DNA from: Octopus vulgaris
Lineage: Eukaryota
Length of the DNA: 64,000 nucleotides
Assembly: GCA_951406725.2 (NCBI GenBank)
Contig: OX597817.1
Location: 59,086,001-59,150,000, forward strand
Direction: 5' to 3'
Position 1 is the stretch's first letter, and every line of letters begins with the position of its first letter. Positions 54,833 through 64,000 of the stretch are shown piece by piece. The position numbers and the translations under genes are program-made. Below the pieces are notes generated by a model, which searched no databases, was not told where the DNA came from, and saw nothing but the letters and a program-made list of their open reading frames with translations.

Positions 54833-55761
54833 TGTTCGTAGTTTTTTTTTCCCTTTGTTAAAATGTTGCCATATTTTTTTTCTTTTTTGCATCTACACTT
54901 GTCTTATGATTCACAAAATGCACTGACCGATCATATGCTATCATAGAATTATGAGATAATCCAATCCATGCTAAAAAAAAATAGTACAATTAAGGCCATG
55001 AGTCTTCATGAGAATATTAATTTGAAAAATAATGCTGTTCAATCGCCCTCCTATACAAGGCGGGTGTCCTGGCAGAATCGTTAACACGTCGGGGGCACAA
55101 TGCTTGACAGCGTCTGGTTCCTCTTTACGTTCTGAGTTCAAATTTCACCAAGGTCGACTTTTTCATCTGTTCGGGATCGATAAAATAAAATACCAGACGT
55201 AATCGACTTATCCCGAAATTGCTGGCCTTGTACCAAAGCTTGAAAATTGCTGGCCTTGTACCAAAGCTTGAAAATCAGTCCCCTGCCTCTACGAAAATCA
55301 CGGCCGCTTTGGGAATCCCCCACATCCGGTCATTTCTTCACAAAACCCTTTTTACACTATAGTTCTTTATATTTATTCATTAATTTTGCTTTGAGCGCTT
55401 TAGTCTTTCAAATGACTTGTCTCAGTCATTGGACTGCGCCCATGTTAATGCTACGGAATCCCACGTTTTTTGGTTATAGACGATCCGATTCAGAAAAAAA
55501 AATTTCAAAAATCACATTCCGTAAAAAAATCAATATATATCCATTTTCCCGAAAGTTATGACGGAAAAATCGGATCTTGGGAATTTTCCCAAATCCTCTC
55601 CCCACTCCACCCCAGGTTCGTTTGCGCAATTTTTTTTTATCATATTCGTTTTCTACACAGTTAACACCCAGCAGGCTGTTTCTTCTTTTTTTTTTTTTGT
55701 TAACGGGTGAAAAATCACTATATTAACCGAACTATTAAGGTAGCTGCCAGGGTAGTTTATC

Positions 55762-55884
<123 letters not shown>

Positions 55885-56367
55885 TCTTTTGTGGAGATGT
55901 GTGTCTCTTCACGTGTGCGAAGAGAAATAGTCAGCAGAAAGGTGTTTGACTGGCAATTTGAAGTATGCATCTGTATGTGTATGTATGTGTGTGCGTGTTT
56001 TGTGTGTGGTGTGTGTGCGTGCATCTGTGTTTGTGCGCGTGTGTGTATTGGTGTGTATGGGGGCGTTGTGTGTGTGTGGAGGTATATGTGCGTTCCTCTG
56101 TGTGTGAGCGTGTGTGTACGTGTGCGTGTATGTATGTGTGTGTATGTCCGTGTGTGTATGCCCGAGTATGTGTAATTGTGTGCGTGTATGTACGAGTGTG
56201 TGTTGTGTGAGTGAGAGGTATATGTGCGTTCATGTGCGTGCGCGTGCATGCGTGTTTGTATGTCTGTGCGCGTGTGTATGTGTGCGTGTGTTCCTGTGCG
56301 TGTGTATATTTATGTGTATGTACGTAGGGTTGTATGTGTGGAGGTATATGTGTGTTCCTGTACGTGT

Positions 56368-56425
<58 letters not shown>

Positions 56426-56908
56426 TTATATATTTAAAACTGTAATTACACAAGAAATAAACTTTATTTAAAACTTCTTGATTTTTCCGGTTCGTGTATT
56501 TTCTGGTTCGTATCATTCCGTATTTTTCCGGTTCGTATCGGTATGAAAGTGAGTTTGAATATTTCATGGAATACAAGTAGAAAATAAAATAAACTGTTAG
56601 AGTCTGTTTATAAGATATTTACACCACTTTGCGTACATTTCATTAACAAAATATGGTTATTAGTTACATACTGTAAATTACGTAAGTAAGACGTCAAATC
56701 CTCAGAGACGTGTAGCTTTTATACGTAACATTATTATATTGTAGAGTTTTGAGGGAAGTGGGAAGTAACCATTGTAAAAATAGGAGCTCTTGTTTTATTT
56801 TATTTATCTGTCTATTGATCAATCTATTTATCTATCGATCGATGTATTTATTTTCCTATTTATCTATCTATCTATCTATCTGTTTAGCGATCGGTCGATC
56901 ATTCTATT

Positions 56909-56945
<37 letters not shown>

Positions 56946-58134
56946 CTCTCTCTCTCTCTCTCTTGCTCTCTCTCTCTCTTGCTCTCTCTCTCTCTTGCTC
57001 TCTCTCTGTATGCATATATTTATATAGATACTTACATATAAATATGTGTGTGTCTGTGCGTATATATATGTGTGTGTTTATATATATATATTTGTACATA
57101 TACACATATATACACACGTATATATACATATACATATGTATATATGTATTATATATTTCTACCTATGTGTGCGTATATATTTTTATGTTTGCGAGTACAT
57201 CTATACTCGTACACATATACATACATACAATTCATACAATGCACAGAAAACATACACACGTATACATATATATACATCCTAACAATACACACACAAACTC
57301 AAATACTTGACACGACCTTAACAACAATAAAACCAGACCTAGTCATGTTACTAGAAATGCAACCACATCAAATTGTTTCCATATTTTTTCCCTGACGGTT
57401 ATTCGAAGAAAGCCAAATAAAACAAACCAAATAAACAAACCAAATAAATAAACAAATAAATAAACAAATAAAAAACTCTGTCTCATGCCTATCACGATAC
57501 ACTCTCGGTTCACTCCTATCAAATCATCACTTCCGATTGTTAGATGGAATTTCAGACATATTTTCTAGATAACTCGTACGTAGATATCTTCCTTTCTCTC
57601 TCTTAGTAACGATATTTTTCTACGGAAACGTGACACTCCCTTCAGCTCATTCTTTCTCCTCTTTTTATATTTACATAATTTCACTTTTCTCTACAAGTTC
57701 ATGTGTCATGTATTACTAGTGTGTTGCGGCGTGGCATTCTTTTATTCCTGTATTCCTTAAATTTTAGTATTCTTTAACTCTTAGTTGTTTCAGTTACGGG
57801 ACTACATCCGTAAAGATTGGGGCGGAGAGGGGCGGTGCCTTGAAAAGTTTTTTGTCGAACAAATCGACACCGCAGTACCTATTGTTTATTTTCTAAAGGC
57901 TGGTACTTCTGTCGGTTCCTTTTGTCAAAACGTTAAGTTACAGAAGCGTAAACAAACCAGCACTGGTTATTAAGCGGTGATGCTGGAACAAAAACAAGCA
58001 CAAAAAGCCACATACATACATATATACAATATATATGTATATATATATATATACATACATACATACATATACGTCTTTTGTTTATTTCCGTAAACCTGCC
58101 TTCGTCTTTTGTCTATTTTCATAAATATATCCCG

Positions 58135-58172
<38 letters not shown>

Positions 58173-58316
58173 TCATATATATATAAGTTCAGCAAAATTT
58201 AGATTCAGATGAATATGGTACTTAAGTTAAAGGCACCAGAATTTGGTATGGTATTATCCATATAAATCAAATGCGTTGATTATAATCAAAATAAGCAACA
58301 AGGATAACCAAGGTAG

Positions 58317-58404
58317 TGTAGTACAATCGTTTCATGCTACTTCATTTTATTAAACACTGTAAGTATTACATCAGTTTTAAAATGTCGAGCAATCTTCAGC
58401 TACA
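58317..58404 (-). ncRNA. Type-I hammerhead ribozyme motif with intact core and extended stem II
   Basis: Minus strand: tgtag-CTGAAGA-ttgct..catttta../..taaaatg..agcat-GAAA-C(GATT)GT-A-ctaca. It lies in a ~370-bp unit (58184-58555) bounded by (TA)n on both sides. Confidence 0.72.
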
Positions 58405-58552
58405 TATAGAATTTTTTTAATTAAATGGACAATGTACATTTTTATACTTATTTTATTTGCCAACATTACAAAGAGGGTAGATATATAGACAGAGAGGTTA
58501 ATTTCATCATTAAGAACATGGTAATATAATGTCCTTCTCCATCTGTAGATTT

Positions 58553-58599
<47 letters not shown>

Positions 58600-58662
58600 T
58601 TTTATTCTTTTATTCTTTTACTTGTTTCAGTCATTTTGACTGCGGCCATGCTGGAGCACCGC

Positions 58663-58705
<43 letters not shown>

Positions 58706-60007
58706 AATTTGGGTTAGTTGAAATATGTTTGTCACATATTTTAACTGCTAAACACAAATACTCTGCGGTTGTCGTGGCTCTCATATCGCTTCATCTCAAA
58801 TATTTCCAAACATTTTCTCTCATTCCACATAAACTTTGTCTACTCCCGGTCTCAAATGACTTTAACTTCCCCATCAATTCCCCCACCTTCAAAACGTCAG
58901 TCCTCCGAAATCCTTTCGTTGCCCATGTTTTTCTTGTGGCCGTTAGTCTTTAACAGGATCGATCTGTTATCAGTCTCCAACGGCCTGCGAGGGCCAAAGA
59001 CAAAACCCCTGGCGCCTCTGACGATGGATTGTTGTTATTCTTTGTCAGATATCCTTTTCACGTAAACGCTCTTCCCGGTTTACTTTTCGTAACTTTAGAC
59101 CATTCGAGAAATGCGCTTCCATCCATTACTTACGATTGAATATAATTGAATAGCTTCTGCCGTGTTTTCGCTAACTGTTTGGTTTATTTACTTCTCCGTA
59201 AACTTGTAGTTCGACAAGAAGAGATAGATAGAATAAGTACCAGACTGGTATCGATCTATTGTACTGAACGTTTCGAGGCGGTGCCCCAGCACAGCGTCAG
59301 TCCAACGACTGAGACAACAGAATAAAAGAATGAACGAATACATGGTCGTAGAGATCGAATAGGTTCGAACGAACCTTGGCAGCTCAACGCAAATATAATT
59401 ATCAAATGTATATTATAGTTTTGTTGTTTCTCGGAAACGCCGACCTCCTCTCCTACTCTCCGAGGTACAACAAAACCTGTTTCAACACATGAGTTCACGC
59501 CAAGGATCATGCAAACCAAATACAAAAGCCAAATCTAATTTGGGTTTTTTTTTTCGTAAATTAGACCGGTTATGGTGGAACCATTTGATTAATAAAGAAT
59601 CTCTTGTTCAAAATCCTGGCTGTGCCTCATAGCGTCCGTGGCAAATGACGACATCTTTACCAAGTCTAATCTTGCATCTTTCTGAATTCTCATTAACCCG
59701 GAAATGTATACCTGACGCTAATTTCCATAAAAAAGACGGAATGGTAACGGATTGGGAGCTTTTGTTCAAAGGGGTAAGTCTATCGTGGTGCACCTGAATG
59801 ATAGGATCCAAACAACAACACGAACAGCCTCAAACCATTCAAACATAGCTGACCTGAGGAGTGTGGATCCGACAACCATAGCAACAATAATCTCACACCA
59901 GCCTATGGGAGATGACCTGATGAGTAGGGAGCACACATCGGTCTCACACCATTCCATCGTGGAGAACTTGAGGGGTGAGGGCCACACAATAATAACAACA
60001 ACAACAA

Positions 60008-60280
60008 GTGGAGGCGCAATGGCCCAATGGTTAGGGCAGCGGACTCGCGGTCGGAGGATCGCGGTTTCAATTCCCAGACCGGGCGTTGTGTGTGTTTATT
60101 GAGCGAAAACACCTAAAAGCTCCATGAGGCTCCGGCAGGGGTGGTGGCGACCCCTGTTGTACTCTTTCGCTCCAACTTTCTCTTACTCTTTCTTCCTGTT
60201 TCTTGTCCCCGACTTCCTACGCAACCGCTGAGCCTGGATGCGCATTCATCCATCCGTCGATGCTCTCGGTGTCGGGGGTT
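60008..60280 (+). mobile_element. SINE family C with a fourth tail type
   Basis: tggaggcgcaatggcccaatggttagggcagcggactcgcgg..ggtttcaattccc head, with a different 3' part. Confidence 0.8.
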
Positions 60281-61383
60281 GACCTGTTTTCTCTTCTGCG
60301 AGTTTTACGAATAGCAAAGGACCACGTTTCGGACGTCTCCCATCTTGCGAGCTCTGGGACGAAGACCGTTCGCTCAACATCAACAGCAACAGCAACAACA
60401 ACAACCTCACATCATATACATGACGCCCAAGACACTGTACACCATGACACCATACACCACACTTGATACTAAGTACCATCTACATTCCAATAATATTTTA
60501 AATAATGTCGTAGCACTAAATAAGACCATGACCTCACTATTAAATAAATATGCTAAATTGCCGAGTTGGAATGTCAATTAAAAAGAAATAAAGAGGCAAA
60601 AAATCCATAACTTAACGATGTTGCCGGCAAAAACTTTGTCACAATTTCATAGCTTTCAATTATTAGATATTTCATTTTTTTTTTATTTGAAAGAGCAACT
60701 GATGGTTGAATGCGTTTATAAGGAATGACACGGGAGTGTCTTCAGACCTGTGGCCTTCGCTCGAACAAAACCGGTTTACACACACACATGCATGTATGTA
60801 TGTATGTATATATAAACCTACGTAATAGACAAACATGTCAGAGTTAACTCTTACATGGAAGGTTTTAAAATTGATAAACAGCCTTTATCGATATTCGACC
60901 CTTATTGGGGGCTAATCAGAGGTGTTTATGTCTGTTTGACCAATCCCAGAAACACCAGAGTCGCCAGTCCGGTTATGTAGGCATCAAATTTAGTCGGGTC
61001 AGTTCTTTGCAACTACTAATACGCGCGCAAAAAGCGTTGAAGATTTTATTCAATATCAGAGATTTGTGTGTGTGCGTGTGTGCATGTGTGTGTCAGTGTG
61101 TGCGTGTGTTTATGTGTGCGCGCGCTTGTATGTATGTATGTGTGTGTGTTTATATACATATATGTTGTATATATATATATATATAATATTTAATCATATC
61201 AAAGGGAAATGGAATTTAATTAAAATTAAAATATTCAATCAAAATTTACATTATTTACATTATTTCCAGTGGTCTAACGTGCAAATAAATTAGTCAAGAA
61301 GACTATATATTAGTCATACGATATAGTGCATATTTATACACATAAATATTTGTATAAATATGCACTAAATTATATATATATAT

Positions 61384-61460
<77 letters not shown>

Positions 61461-61474
61461 ATATATATATACAT

Positions 61475-61596
<122 letters not shown>

Positions 61597-61847
61597 CTTA
61601 TTTAAAAGCAGCAGAAAATATAACAAAAGCTGTTGGTCAGAGTTTCCCGATCCCGTTCATCGGGCAGTTTTGTTAACACACACATCACGTACGGCAACGT
61701 AACATTCAAAGTAAGAATGCTTTGGAATGTCTCAGCTTTACTAAAATATGCAACGTCACAGCTCTACTTTATGAATCGAGTATTTTTATCCGTTTGTATT
61801 TTCCCTTTTATAAACAAACGTTTATCAATATATCTCTCCTCGCGCGC

Positions 61848-61932
<85 letters not shown>

Positions 61933-62406
61933 AGTGTGTACGCGCGCGCAGCGTACGCGTGTGAATTTTGGTTACATAAATATCTTATAGTTCAGAGCGG
62001 AAAAGTGGTTGCTATTAATTTCAAATCCAGGTCAAAAAAACCTGAACTAACTTCAAATCGCGTGGTTCGCCATCTCTTGTGGCAGCAGTAATCATAAGAA
62101 ATGCCAGGATTGGTGCCATAAGAGACAGGCACTGTTATATGGCGAGAGGTCAGGATTTCTGACCTGAATTTAGGTATTTAGGACTCAAAGTAATTGCTCT
62201 TCCGTCCTCAGCTCCATTACAGTATTTGGTGTGACGATAATATAAATTAGCATTTGTACTGTTTATGGGAGAAGAACGCCTCCTAGTGCTTGATCTTGGG
62301 TTCAACAGTCCAAAATAGAGGGCACCGATGATGATGATGATAATGATGAGGATGGTGGTGGTGGTGGTGGTGGTGGTGGTGGTGGTGGTGGTGGTGGTGG
62401 TGGTGG

Positions 62407-62438
<32 letters not shown>

Positions 62439-62566
62439 GTGATGGTGGTGGTGGTGGTGGTGGTGGTGGTGGTGGTGGTGGTGATGATGATGATGAGGAG
62501 GAGGAGGAGGAGGGGGTGCTGGGGGTGCTGGTGGTACATAAAATAATAATAATAATAATAATAATG

Positions 62567-62612
<46 letters not shown>

Positions 62613-63355
62613 GCCTTTCTATTGTAGGCACAAGACCTGAAATTTTCGGGGAGGGGGGTCTAGTCGATTACATCGACCCCAGTGCGTAACTGGTACTTAT
62701 TTCATCATTCCCGAAAAGATGAACTTAAGGACAGGCGAAACGCCGCTAAGCATTTTTTTTTTTTATATCCCAGCGCGCTAACGATTCTGCGAGCTGGCCG
62801 CCTCTGGCAGTTGGACCAGCGGCGGGCTGATAGATGTCCTTTGTACACATGGGTACTAAGGATACTTAAACAATGGCTCTTCTAACTATTACAAGGTCTC
62901 CGGCGGATATTTCAGCGAGTTGCACATTATTTGAACTGGGAAACAGAGCGTGAATAAAATTGTGAATTAATTTCTCACAGAGATTATTATTAGTTTGAGT
63001 GCCTAAGTCTATATCTGTAACTTAAGGCAAATGTATAGGAGAGGCTTTCTAAATACAGGAGTGTGTATGTGTATTAATGGATGGATGGATGGATGGATGT
63101 GTCTATGTAAGTACATATTATGTACGTGTTAATGCATGTATGTACGTATATATGTATATGTGTATGTATATATGTACGTTAGTATGTACGAATATACGCA
63201 TGTATGTATATATGTATGTATGTATCTATCTATATATTTATCTATAAATATGTGTGTGTATACATATAGATATAGATATATAAACAGAGAGAGAGGGGGG
63301 GCAGACAGACAGTCAGGCAGACAGGCAGACAAACAGACAGAGAGACAGAGAGATG

Positions 63356-63414
<59 letters not shown>

Positions 63415-63475
63415 GATAGATAAATAGGTATGTATGTATGTGTGTGTTTTTATATATACATATCTATACATATAC

Positions 63476-63554
<79 letters not shown>

Positions 63555-64000
63555 AACACATACTCTCACACACACGCGTACATAAGATGTATGTATGTGT
63601 GTATGAAATTCACACGGGTATACATTTTTCTGTAAGTCAAAATATCAATCCATTCGCGATCCAATGGATAACTGAATACTCCGGCGTGGATTGGATACAC
63701 ATAATGTAATGGATATGCGTCTATGTGCGTACGTACGTATGTATGCATGTATGTATGTAGGTGTGTATGTATGTATGTATGTATGTATGTGTGTGTGTGT
63801 ACGTATGTATGTATGTATGTAGGTATGTATGTATGCATGTATGAAGAATGCATGTAAATATATATATATATATATATATGCATGCGTACATACATACATA
63901 CATACATACATACATACATACATACATACATACATACATACATACATACATACATACGTACGTAAGTACGTACACATGCACTCATGTCTCTGAATGAGAA

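Noticed and set aside
55216-55275. ~30-bp direct repeat aaattgctggccttgtaccaaagcttga
   Set aside because: It is a simple local duplication within a SINE tail.

Overview
Eukaryotic, AT-rich, microsatellite-saturated, gene-poor DNA. The repeat families are those I associate with coleoid cephalopods, most likely Octopus; this is recognition by eye, not a database result. Almost all ORFs in the track are translations of (TA)n, (CA)n, (CATA)n, (TAA)n or (GGT)n repeats. The only host-gene homology is the last exon of a divergent beta-tubulin (minus strand, 43744-44540), which keeps its splice acceptor but carries three frameshifting deletions. The rest is mobile-element debris: three tRNA-derived SINE families, internally deleted RTE LINEs, R4/Dong-like, CR1-like, pogo and mariner fragments, non-autonomous Helitron-like elements, MITEs and foldbacks, and a probable solo LTR. 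There is also a Penelope-like GIY-YIG fragment. The most interesting signal is a set of short units embedded in microsatellites (mostly (TA)n) that carry minimal type-I hammerhead ribozyme motifs. One motif has an apparent compensatory A3:U8 core and one has an intact core with a long stem II. Some of these units coincide with large palindromes centred on (TA)n. All structures were folded and aligned by eye, so boundaries are approximate.
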